A program made the translations under genes and the position numbers. The notes under the pieces were generated by a model that saw only the letters and a program-made list of their open reading frames with translations, was not told the DNA's origin and searched no databases. Positions 1 through 7,673 of a stretch of DNA of 64,000 nt are shown in pieces. The DNA comes from an uncultured Actinomycetota bacterium (GTDB lineage: Bacteria; Actinomycetota; Actinomycetes; Streptosporangiales; Streptosporangiaceae), in NCBI GenBank assembly GCA_963839095.1, contig CAWIUF010000004.1:669-64668 (forward strand), in the 5' to 3' direction. The stretch's first letter is position 1. Each line of letters opens with the position of its first letter.

Positions 1-93
1 GTCCGCCGCGATGGCGTCGGTGAGATGGCGGCTGAACTGTCCCGTGGCGCGCAGGTCATAGCGAGGGCAGGTGCGGCAGATCAGCAACGTCAT
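1..93 (-). CDS. 5' end of a small Cys-containing protein (DUF1636-like putative metal-binding protein); the rest lies left of the window
   Basis: ATG at 93-91 preceded by GGGGGGA. Reads MTLLICRTCPRYDLRATGQFSRHLTDAIAAD to the window edge. Family guess from memory only. Confidence 0.35.
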   Translation of the reverse strand, partial: MTLLICRTCPRYDLRATGQFSRHLTDAIAAD

Positions 94-186
94 GGGTGTC
101 CCCCCGGGGATCCGGCACGCGGCATGCCGGGCCGGGCGGGTGGCGTCCGGTCCGGCATGCTGGCGCGGTTATTTATTCGGGCGAGG

Positions 187-1491
187 TCAGGGCCGCTGCT
201 GGATGGTGGCCTGGGTGCTGCTGGTGATCAGCTCGTCCTGGTCCGGCGGCGGGGCGGGCTCGTCGCCTGGCTCCTTGTGGAAGCGGCCATCCTTCATGAT
301 GTAGTGGATCTTGTCGTGGTCTTGCAGGATGGTGATGTCGTCCAGCGGGTTGCCGTCGACCAGGATCATGTCGGCGAGGTAGCCGGGCTGGACCTTGCCG
401 AGCTCGTCCGGGCGCAGCATGATCTCCCCGCCCTGGGCGGTGGCGGACAGGATGGCTTCCATCGGCGTGAAGCCGAGGTGCTCGACGAAGTGCTGCAGGT
501 CGCGGGCGTAGGTGCCGTGCGGGGTCCAGGCGAAGCCGTAGTCGCCGCCGGGCAGGACCCGGATGCCGCGGCGGTGCATCTCGCGCAGCCCGGCGATGGC
601 CATTTCCAGTTCTTTCTTATAGCCGACGGCTTCGGCGGCTTCCTGCGGGAACCCGAAGGCTTCGGCTTCGTAGAGGGTGGCGATGAGCCAGTTCAGGCCG
701 GGGGCGACGAACACCCAGTCCTTGTTGGCCTCGAGCATGTCCATGCCCTCGGCGTCGGTGAAGCTGGCGTGGTAGATGACGTCGACGTGGTTGCGGACGC
801 ACATCTTGACGGATTCGGCGCTGCGGGCGTGGGCGCAGACGCGCTTGCCGCGGCGGTGGGCCTCGGTGACGGCGGCGGCGCATTCCTCGTCGGAGAAGTA
901 GGTGTCCTCGGCGTGCTGGGTGCCGGTGATCTCCTCGCCGGTCATGGACAGCTTGATCTGGTCCACGCCGATGTCGACGAGCTCGCGGACGGCTTTGCGC
1001 ATGCCCTCGGGCCCGTCGGCGAACTTGGTGATCGACTTGATCAGGGCGCCGCCGGTGACGGCGATCTCGGGGCCGTTGGCGAGGTAGCGGGGGCCGGGGA
1101 TGCGGCCGGCGTTGATGGCGTCGCGGCAGACCACGTCGAGGCGTTCCTTGGCCGAGGCGGCGCCCAGGCACATGGTGTAGCCGGAGTCGATGTAGGTGCG
1201 GGCGGACTCGATGCAGAACAGCAGGTGCTCCTCGACCGGCATGGTGCCCAGGCCGTCGAGGTCGGCGCTGTTGTTCCAGCTGAAGTGGGTGTGGGCGTCG
1301 CAAAGCCCGGACATCAGGGTGCGGCCGCGGCCGTCGATGACCCGGGCCCCGGCGGCGGCGTGCGGGTCGACGGTGCCGACCGCGGCGATCCGGTCGTTCT
1401 CGACCAGGACGTCGCCGGGGTAGGGATCGGCGCCGGTGGAGTCGAGGATGGAGACGTTCTTGAAGAGGACTCTTTCGGGGCTGACGGGCAT
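187..1491 (-). CDS. amidohydrolase family metal-dependent hydrolase
   Basis: 434-aa GC3-rich ORF with a DAHTHF metal-binding motif after an N-terminal beta-sandwich-like segment, typical of PF01979-type amidohydrolases. Confidence 0.85.
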   Translation of the reverse strand: MPVSPERVLFKNVSILDSTGADPYPGDVLVENDRIAAVGTVDPHAAAGARVIDGRGRTLMSGLCDAHTHFSWNNSADLDGLGTMPVEEHLLFCIESARTYIDSGYTMCLGAASAKERLDVVCRDAINAGRIPGPRYLANGPEIAVTGGALIKSITKFADGPEGMRKAVRELVDIGVDQIKLSMTGEEITGTQHAEDTYFSDEECAAAVTEAHRRGKRVCAHARSAESVKMCVRNHVDVIYHASFTDAEGMDMLEANKDWVFVAPGLNWLIATLYEAEAFGFPQEAAEAVGYKKELEMAIAGLREMHRRGIRVLPGGDYGFAWTPHGTYARDLQHFVEHLGFTPMEAILSATAQGGEIMLRPDELGKVQPGYLADMILVDGNPLDDITILQDHDKIHYIMKDGRFHKEPGDEPAPPPDQDELITSSTQATIQQRP

Positions 1492-1530
1492 GTCGGTGAC
1501 TCCTGTTACTTCGGGCTGGGCTGTTGCTGG

Positions 1531-2301
1531 TCAGAGGAACTTCAGCAGGTGGTCGGTGACGTCGCGGGCGGCTTCCAGGGCGGTCCAGTGCCCGATGCCG
1601 TCGATGACCGCGACGGTCGCCGAGCCGTGAGCCGCGGCGATGGCCTGGCTGACCGCGGGCGGGCCGGTCTTGTCGTCGCTGCCGGTGATCAGCAGCAGCG
1701 GCAGGCCCGGGTCGACCGGGCCGGGGTCGGTGGCGGCGGCCAGGGCCTCGCAGTTCCGGGCGTAGCCCTCGGGGTCCTGCCGCATGATGAGCTCGCGGAC
1801 GAACGCGGCGACTTCGGGCTTGTCCTGGCGGGTGGTCTCGGACAGGGCGTTGGCGACCACGCCGGGGGCGACGGCCGCGGTGCCGTCCTGGCGCAGGGTG
1901 GCGGCGCGGTCGCGCTGGGCCTGCCGGGCGGCGTCGGCCGGCTCGGCGACGGCGCCGAGCAGGACCAGGCGGGATACCAGGGCGGGGTGGCGGGCGGCCA
2001 GGGTGCGGACCACGAGCGTGCCCATGGAGTGGCCGACAACGGTGGCGTGGCTGACGCCGAGCTGGTCCAGCAGGGCGGCCAGGTCGTCGGCGTGCGAGCC
2101 GATGCTGATGCCGTCCGCGACCGGGGAGCGGCCGGCGCCGGCGCTGTCGACCCGGATCACCCGGAACCGTTCGGCGAGAGCCTGGGCCTGGACCTGGTAG
2201 AAGTTCGAGGTGCCGCCCAGGCCGTGGACCATCAGGACCGGCGGCCCGTCACCGTCGATCTCGACGGCGAGTTCCCGGGGGGTGCTGCCGTTGATGCGCA
2301 T
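1531..2301 (-). CDS. alpha/beta hydrolase (3-oxoadipate enol-lactonase-like)
   Basis: 256-aa ORF with an HGLGG oxyanion region and a GHSMG nucleophile elbow. Confidence 0.85.
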   Translation of the reverse strand: MRINGSTPRELAVEIDGDGPPVLMVHGLGGTSNFYQVQAQALAERFRVIRVDSAGAGRSPVADGISIGSHADDLAALLDQLGVSHATVVGHSMGTLVVRTLAARHPALVSRLVLLGAVAEPADAARQAQRDRAATLRQDGTAAVAPGVVANALSETTRQDKPEVAAFVRELIMRQDPEGYARNCEALAAATDPGPVDPGLPLLLITGSDDKTGPPAVSQAIAAAHGSATVAVIDGIGHWTALEAARDVTDHLLKFL

Positions 2302-2373
2302 GATTTCCTTTCCCGGCCAGCCCCGCGGCGTTGCGTGCGGGGCGGCCGTGTCAGTCGGTAACGGCTCGGCTGG

Positions 2374-3253
2374 TCAGGCGATGCGGTTGCGCTGGGTGCC
2401 GAGCCCGGTGATGGAGACCTCGATGGTGTCGCCGCTGGTCATGAATTTCGGCGGGTCGAAGCCGATGCCGACCCCGGCCGGGGTGCCGGTGGCGATGATG
2501 TCGCCGGGCAGCAGCGTGATGCCCGCGGAGATCGTCTCGATGAGCGTGGGGATGTCGAAGATCAGGTCCGCGACCGGCGCGGACTGGCGCGGTTCGCCGT
2601 TGACCCAGCTCTGCACCACCAGGGCGGTCACGTCGGTGATCTCGTCGGCGGAGACGGCGTAGGGGCCCATCGGGCAGTGGGTGTCCAGCGACTTGCCCAG
2701 CAGCCACTGCTTGTGCAGCCGCTGCAGGTCCCGCGCGGTGTAATCGTCAATTATGGTGTAGCCCCACACATGCTCGAACGCGTGCTCGCGGGCGATCCCC
2801 CGGCCGCCGCGGCCGATGATGACGCCCAGCTCGGCCTCGTAGTCCAGTTCCTTGGTAACGCCGTGGTGCGGGTCGATGTCGTCGAACGGGCCGGTGACCG
2901 AGGTGGTGGCCTTGGTGAAGATGACCGGTGCCTCGGGGAGGGCCTCGGAGCGGTCGGGGGTGTCGTAGCCGCTGCGGCCGAACTCCCGGACGTGGTCGCT
3001 GTAGTTCTTGCCCACGCAGAAGATGTTGCGGACCGGGCGGAGCGGGGCGTGCAGCCGCACCGAGTCCAGCGGGACGGCGGGACGCGATGCCAGCCCATCC
3101 TCCAGCGCGGGGCGGAACGGCGTCCCAGTTACCCAGGACGGCGGCCAGGTCCGGGCCGCCGAGCACGTCGGTGACGTCTCGGATGACGCCCTGATCCGGG
3201 TCAGCGACCCCGGCCCGGGGATCTTCCCCGGCGGTGAATACCGCTAGCTTCAT
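2374..3253 (-). pseudogene. fumarylacetoacetate hydrolase (FAH) family protein split over two frames
   Basis: The catalytic part (VRLHAPLRPVRNIFCVGKNY...) is ORF 2374..3060. A typical FAH N-terminal domain (MKLAVFTAGEDPRAGV...AAVLGNWD) starts at 3253 in another frame. The frames join at ~3112-3124 (..GNWD / PFRPALEDGLASRPAVPLDS..). A real frameshift or a sequencing indel. Confidence 0.7.
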
Positions 3254-3256
3254 GCT

Positions 3257-3392
3257 GAACCAATCTGAACCAATCGAGCCATTATGTTACGACTAGGTTT
3301 CGATGGTAAGCAGGCGCGTATCCGAAGTCGAGAGCTAGAGAGCGCAAATCTGAAAAATACCGCGCCGGGATATTGGTCTCGATTGGTTCAGA
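3257..3392. promoter_or_regulatory. divergent FAH/GntR promoter region with candidate GntR operators
   Basis: GAACCAATC occurs twice in tandem (3257-3265, 3267-3275). An exact 15-nt inverted partner pair is TCTGAACCAATCGAG (3264-3278) / CTCGATTGGTTCAGA (3378-3392), one next to each start codon. Confidence 0.5.
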
Positions 3393-4071
3393 ATGTAAGA
3401 TCGTTCTCGTGACCACCGTCGAGCAGACACTCCGGGCGCTACTGCAGGAACAGACCGCCAGCGGCGTCCTTGGCCCCGGCGGGAAACTGCCCACCGAACG
3501 CGACCTGGCCGGTCAGCTCGCCGCGCCGCGCAGCGAGATCCGCCGCGCCCTGGCCGGCCTCGAACGTGACGGGCTCATCACCCGCCAGGTCGGCCGCGGC
3601 ACCTTCCTCACCGAGACCGCCACCCGCCAGTTCAACGGGGCACCCCCCGACACCAGCCCCGCCGAGATCATGCAGGTCCGCCTCACCATCGAGCCGCCCA
3701 TCGCCGCGCTCGCCGCCCGCACCGCCAACCAGGCCGACCTGGACCGCATCACCGGCTATCTGGACGACGGCGGGAACAGCGACAGCTACGAAGCCTTCGA
3801 GACCCACGACACCCACCTGCACCGGGCCATCGCCCAGTCCGTCCACAACGGCCTGCTCATGAACCTGTTCGACGTCATGAGCACCGCCCGGTCCCTGCCA
3901 GTGTGGGGCAGCCTCAAACGCCGCACCTCCACCCCCGAACGTCGCAAGGATTACCACGAGCAGCACACCGCCATCGTCGCTGCCCTCACCGAACGAGACC
4001 CCGAACGCGCCCAGGCCCTCATGCGCGACCACCTCCGCCACGTCTCCGACGACATGCTCGGACGCCACTAA
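3373..4071 (+). CDS. GntR family transcriptional regulator (FadR/FCD subfamily)
   Basis: wHTH LPTERDLAGQLAAPRSEIRRALAGLERDGLITRQVGRGTFL followed by a helical FCD-like C-terminal domain. The real start may be GTG 3409. Confidence 0.85.
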   Translation: MVSIGSECKIVLVTTVEQTLRALLQEQTASGVLGPGGKLPTERDLAGQLAAPRSEIRRALAGLERDGLITRQVGRGTFLTETATRQFNGAPPDTSPAEIMQVRLTIEPPIAALAARTANQADLDRITGYLDDGGNSDSYEAFETHDTHLHRAIAQSVHNGLLMNLFDVMSTARSLPVWGSLKRRTSTPERRKDYHEQHTAIVAALTERDPERAQALMRDHLRHVSDDMLGRH

Positions 4072-4261
4072 CAGCAGGCTGTCCCGAACGCCTCGGCATC
4101 GTGCCTGGCGGGAACGCCCCTGGAGGCCTGACAAATCGCCGCGGCCTGGGATCAAGGTCACTGCGCATGGTTACGGTCATGGGGCGCTGGCCGCTCCACG
4201 CGTGGAACGGTCCGCGGAACGTCCCGCCGGATAATCCCAGCGCAATTCGAGTCACCAGTGC

Positions 4262-4377
4262 CTGACCGGCGCCATCGCTGCGGCTAGGCCCCACGGTGCA
4301 GGTGACCGGACTTCTTGTAAACGGGCTGACCGACGCTGAAACGGCGTGACCGCCAACTAGGCCAATATCGGGTGACC
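4262..4377 (+). repeat. array of five direct STGACCG repeats (iteron / arm-site-like)
   Basis: CTGACCGG 4262, GTGACCGG 4302, CTGACCGA 4326, GTGACCGC 4346, GTGACCTG 4372. Spacing is 40/24/20/26 nt, in non-coding DNA just left of repeat X copy A. Confidence 0.5.
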
Positions 4378-4521
4378 TGTAGCCATGGTAAAGACGACCG
4401 GCACCGAGATTTCACGGCAGATGCGGCAACTCGTCAACGTGGTCGCGGCCACCCGTGTGGGGTGCCGCGCGAGAGCGAGGTTACGCAAAGTAGCAGTCAT
4501 GCTGGGAGCAGGGACTCGGAC

Positions 4522-4637
4522 GTGGACCGGTTCGTGGAGCGGGTCACCAGAAAATCGCAGCGCCATGAGTGCAGTCAGTGCGATAACTCGCGCTATCGGT
4601 GCAGCTAGCGCGCATGATGCACGAAGCGGTACTTCTC
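4522..4637 (+). repeat. repeat X, copy A (~115 nt, starts GTGGACCGGTTCGTGGA)
   Basis: Aligns by eye with 7440-7552 and 9750-9840. Contains the GCAT-S-ATGCAC palindrome and runs directly into a tRNA 3' half. Confidence 0.6.
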
Positions 4638-4678
4638 ATAATCCGCCGGTCGTGGGTTCGAGCCCCACCCGCCCCACC
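4635..4678 (+). other. orphan tRNA 3' half (anticodon loop CTCATAA, T-arm GTGGG-TTCGAGC-CCCAC, acceptor CCGCCCC-A-CC)
   Basis: Canonical spacing runs from the anticodon loop to the discriminator. The upstream 5 nt (TACTT) cannot pair with TCCGC, and there is no GGGGCGG 5' acceptor strand or D-arm. Confidence 0.6.
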
Positions 4679-4845
4679 TCGCCGATTCCCAGTACAAGCG
4701 CGATTTACCGATGTCAGCGGGAGCGGGGGAGCGGGGGAGCGCGTCAGGTATGCCAGGCCGGGACGGCGGTCTTGGGGCAGATCGTCCGGCATGGTGGTCT
4801 CGCCTGCCCCCAGCTCGGCTAGGCCTAATCGCACGGGATAGTGCT
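4638..4845 (+). repeat. left copy of the ~200-bp direct repeat (tRNA 3' half + spacer + antisense 3' end of the 15207..16334 gene)
   Basis: Near-identical to 15109-15307 except for acceptor substitutions, one extra GAGCGGGG unit and a 1-nt indel. Its minus strand reads ..GLAELGAGETTMP.., a broken copy of the C-terminus ..GLAELWAGETTMPTICLKTAVPAWHT. Confidence 0.8.
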
Positions 4846-4975
4846 ATCCGAGGACCAAGATCCAGCACGCTGGCGTGCTCACTTTCTCCAGCGACCGCCT
4901 GCTGCCGATCGACCTTGCGATCCGGGACTGGGCCCGGCGCGACGAGGCGGTCGCCGAGCGCCCGCGGCGGGTGGA
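4846..4975 (+). pseudogene. orphan internal fragment of the TetR gene at 21373..22002
   Basis: 130 nt match 21626-21755 with a single mismatch seen by eye (gcgcCcgcgg vs gcgcTgcgg). There is no start and no HTH part. Confidence 0.85.
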
Positions 4976-4978
4976 TCG

Positions 4979-5006
4979 GAGGTCGACCGGCGCGCCGGTC
5001 GACCTC
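4979..5006. repeat. perfect 28-bp palindrome GAGGTCGACCGGCG|CGCCGGTCGACCTC
   Basis: Checked base by base. Lies 3 nt after the TetR scrap and 126 nt downstream of the phosphoesterase stop. Confidence 0.9.
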
Positions 5007-5131
5007 GCACAGCTGACCACGAGATCCGCAGCCCAGAGCGGCTGACGCTTACGGAGCCATATGTATACGGTCGAGCAGATCATTAGTCGAAGGGGCGATG
5101 GAGCCAAGTTTTCTCTGTAAGTGCGGCGGCT

Positions 5132-6592
5132 TCAGGACCGGGTAAGGTCGGTTGCCGGGTTCACCGGGAGGATTACTGATGGGCGGGGCGGCTGGCTGAA
5201 GTTGAAGTCGGCCGCCAGGTTGCCGAGGATTTTCACGTTCTCCCGGATGTCAGGTCGCGGGTCGGGACGTCCGTCGGTGCGGGGGTCGATCCGCTGGCCG
5301 TGCAGGAAGTCGTCTTCGATGAACTTGTCGTAAGCGTCGAACGACAGGATCTGGTGGTCGATCATGTCCTGCCGGGCGTAGGGGCTGATGACGATGCCGG
5401 GCACGCGGAGTCCGTAGCCGTTCTGGTCGACTGCCGGTGGTGGTACTTGGTCATAGAAGCCACCCCAGTCATCCCAGCTCAGGAAGATGGCGGTGGAGGA
5501 CCAGTCCGGGCCCTTCATGATCGCGTTGATGAGGCCGGTGACGTAAGTCTGGCCCGCGCTGACCAGGCCGGGCGGGTGCTCGCTGACCTTCCCCGACGGC
5601 GCGATCCAGGACACCGCGGGCAGTGTTCCGGTCTGCGCCGCCCGGTAGAACCCCGACAGGTCCTCGATGTTGCCTTCCTGATGGTCGGCCTTGACCGTGT
5701 TGAAATAGGGCAGCGGGTTCCAGATGCCCGGGGTCTTGGCGTTCTGCTTGACCGCCGCGCAGGTCATGGCCGTGTCGTCCTCGCAGTCCGGCTGGGTGCC
5801 TTTCATCACGTAGTACGCCCACGACACGTGGTTTTTGTACATCAGGTAGGTCAGGTCGGTCCAGGCATAGATCGGCGCCTTGGCGGCAGCCGCCTTCTTC
5901 TTGGGCGGACTGCCGGGGTTCTGCAACGCGTTCCGGCAGCTGGCGGGGTTGTTGTGCTGGGTGCAGTGCGCTGACCACTCTGACACCAGGAACAGGTGCG
6001 AGGGCAGGCTCCAGGACGCGTTGGGTTCGAACATGTGGTCCTGCAGCACGAAGTCCTTGGCGTAGGCCCAGTAGTTCGGGATCTCCTGGCCGTTGTGGTA
6101 GCCCATGACGTCGGACGTGCGGCCGGTTGTGCAAGCCGGGTTGTTGGGGTCCTTGCAGTTTTTGGTGGAATGTTCGGCCTGGCCGACGAAACCGTTCATC
6201 TTCCCGCCGTTGATGTCGGCCGTCGCGTTGGTCGCGCCGTGCGGCCCGCCGTGGTTGAGATCGGCGGTGTCGTGATAGGGCCGGTCGCAGCCGCCGGTCG
6301 CCGGATCAGGCACGCAGACGGCGGGGACGCCGTTGCTCATCGGAATGCCGTCGGCTCCGGGAAAGGTGCCGAAGTAGCTGTCGAACGAGCGGTTTTCCTG
6401 CATGATCACGACAACGTGCTTGATCTTGTGGATGCCCTGGGCAATGCTGCCTGCCGCCGTACTGGTGCTGGCGGCCGGGCTGGCGCTGGTGCAGGCTGCG
6501 AGGGTGAAAAGAGCCGTGCTGACCAGGACACCGAACGTGACGACCTTGGTCCGGTGCTCGCTAATTACCATGCGAGCATTCAAGACCATCAT
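5132..6592 (-). CDS. secreted phosphoesterase-family lipoprotein (phospholipase C / AcpA acid-phosphatase-like)
   Basis: 486 aa. Signal peptide with lipobox LAAC, and the [26 protein letters not shown] motif of the PLC/phosphoesterase family. Confidence 0.85.
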   Translation of the reverse strand: MMVLNARMVISEHRTKVVTFGVLVSTALFTLAACTSASPAASTSTAAGSIAQGIHKIKHVVVIMQENRSFDSYFGTFPGADGIPMSNGVPAVCVPDPATGGCDRPYHDTADLNHGGPHGATNATADINGGKMNGFVGQAEHSTKNCKDPNNPACTTGRTSDVMGYHNGQEIPNYWAYAKDFVLQDHMFEPNASWSLPSHLFLVSEWSAHCTQHNNPASCRNALQNPGSPPKKKAAAAKAPIYAWTDLTYLMYKNHVSWAYYVMKGTQPDCEDDTAMTCAAVKQNAKTPGIWNPLPYFNTVKADHQEGNIEDLSGFYRAAQTGTLPAVSWIAPSGKVSEHPPGLVSAGQTYVTGLINAIMKGPDWSSTAIFLSWDDWGGFYDQVPPPAVDQNGYGLRVPGIVISPYARQDMIDHQILSFDAYDKFIEDDFLHGQRIDPRTDGRPDPRPDIRENVKILGNLAADFNFSQPPRPSVILPVNPATDLTRS

Positions 6593-6859
6593 GCTGGGCG
6601 GCCTGATTCAGAACGCTGAGCGGTCTGCTTGATGCTGCTGCGGGTCGGCGGTGGGCCTGCCGTGAGCCGGCTGAGAACGCCGGGAGCGGCCTGTGCACGT
6701 CCGGCAGCCCGTGGATGAGCCGGACTGGGGTTGCGGTCACAGATCTTGGACCTGACCAGCTCGGCGCAGACTCGGCCAGGGCTAGGAACACCAGGGCCAG
6801 CAGCGTGGCAGCCAGCCCGCAATAGTCATTGCGGAGCCTGCCGTAGACCGCCGTGTTGT

Positions 6860-7128
6860 GACGTCAGGCTGTCGGTCCACTTCGTTACCATTGACCCTCA
6901 TGAGCGAACGCCCGCCGGCGACACCCAGAAAAGAAATAGCGGCCAGGTAGTAGCGGTGGTCGTGCCCATCGAGGAGTACCAGCAGCTGCGCCGGGCGAGC
7001 AAGAGCAGCAGGTCAACGAGGAGTTCGACGCTGCCCGGGCCAGCTACCTGGCCCGGCGTGAGGCCGGGGCGATCCGCTACGTATCGCACGAGGAAGCGGG
7101 TCGCCGCCTGGGCATGCCACCCCGGTGA
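6860..7128 (+). pseudogene. Phd/YefM-like antitoxin remnant
   Basis: ..RNSGQVVAVVVPIEEYQQLRRA in one frame continues as EQEQQVNEEFDAARASYLARREAGAIRYVSHEEAGRRLGMPPR* in another. No clean start. The stop TGA 7126-7128 overlaps the toxin GTG. Confidence 0.45.
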
Positions 7129-7370
7129 CCTATCAGGTCACCTGGGAGATTCAGGCTCTAGACCGGCGGCGGCTTCCTCCGCGATGATCCCGTCGGTGTC
7201 ACTGCGCTCAGGGGCACTGCCAGCTCGCCGGTGAGCCGCGGCCGCCGGAGTCGTTCCCGTACGGGTCGCCGGATCTGCGCCGCCTGCGAGCAGGGCGGTA
7301 CCGCGCCTTCTACACGATCGACGAAGAACAGCGGGTAGTCCAGATCGACCACGTTGCCCGCCCGCCGTAG
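7125..7370 (+). pseudogene. RelE/ParE family toxin with at least 2 frameshifts
   Basis: Pieces lie in three frames: VTYQVTWEIQALD.. / ..FLRDDPVGVTALRG.. / ..LAGEPRPPESFPYGSPDLRRLRAGRYRAFYTIDEEQRVVQIDHVARPP*. GTGA overlap with the antitoxin. Confidence 0.6.
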
Positions 7371-7439
7371 CCCTGGCCTATCAAGCCCCTGTCGGCGGTA
7401 ACGTTCTGTAGCTGGCATCCGGTGATCACCATGGAAGGC

Positions 7440-7552
7440 GTGGACCGGTTCGTGGACCGCGCTATCAGTGCAAACGGTGCAATCAGGGTCATCGGCGGCA
7501 CGGCTCCGCGGTATCCGTGCAGGTAGCGTGCATCATGCACGAAGCCGTACTT
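7440..7552 (+). repeat. repeat X, copy B
   Basis: GTGGACCGGTTCGTGGACCGCGC...GTGCATCATGCACGAAGCCGTACTT, immediately followed by a tRNA 3' half. Confidence 0.6.
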
Positions 7553-7596
7553 CTCATAATCCGCCGGTCGTGGGTTCGAGCCCCACCCGCCCCACC
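7553..7596 (+). other. orphan tRNA 3' half (same sequence as 4635-4678)
   Basis: CTCATAATCCGCCGGTCGTGGGTTCGAGCCCCACCCGCCCCACC. The downstream flank differs from copy A, and there is no 5' half. Confidence 0.6.
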
Positions 7597-7673
7597 CGCA
7601 GTTTCACCAGTGGTCGCGGCCACGCGGACGAGGACCTCGACGGTCGACCTGGCGCCGTCTCGTGCCGAATCGC

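Noticed and set aside
25-2361. 778-aa plus-strand ORF, the longest at the left end
   Set aside because: It lies antisense to or out of frame with three well-supported minus-strand genes (amidohydrolase, alpha/beta hydrolase, FAH). Its G/A/V/D-rich low-complexity text has no motifs. This is a typical shadow ORF of high-GC DNA.
4380-4678. tmRNA or other tRNA-like RNA ending in the T-arm/acceptor at 4651-4678
   Set aside because: There is no 5' GGGGCGG strand to close the acceptor and no G3:U70 alanine determinant. There is no tag reading frame or pseudoknot series, and only ~165-300 nt are available. The same 3' half occurs with unrelated upstream sequence at 15109.
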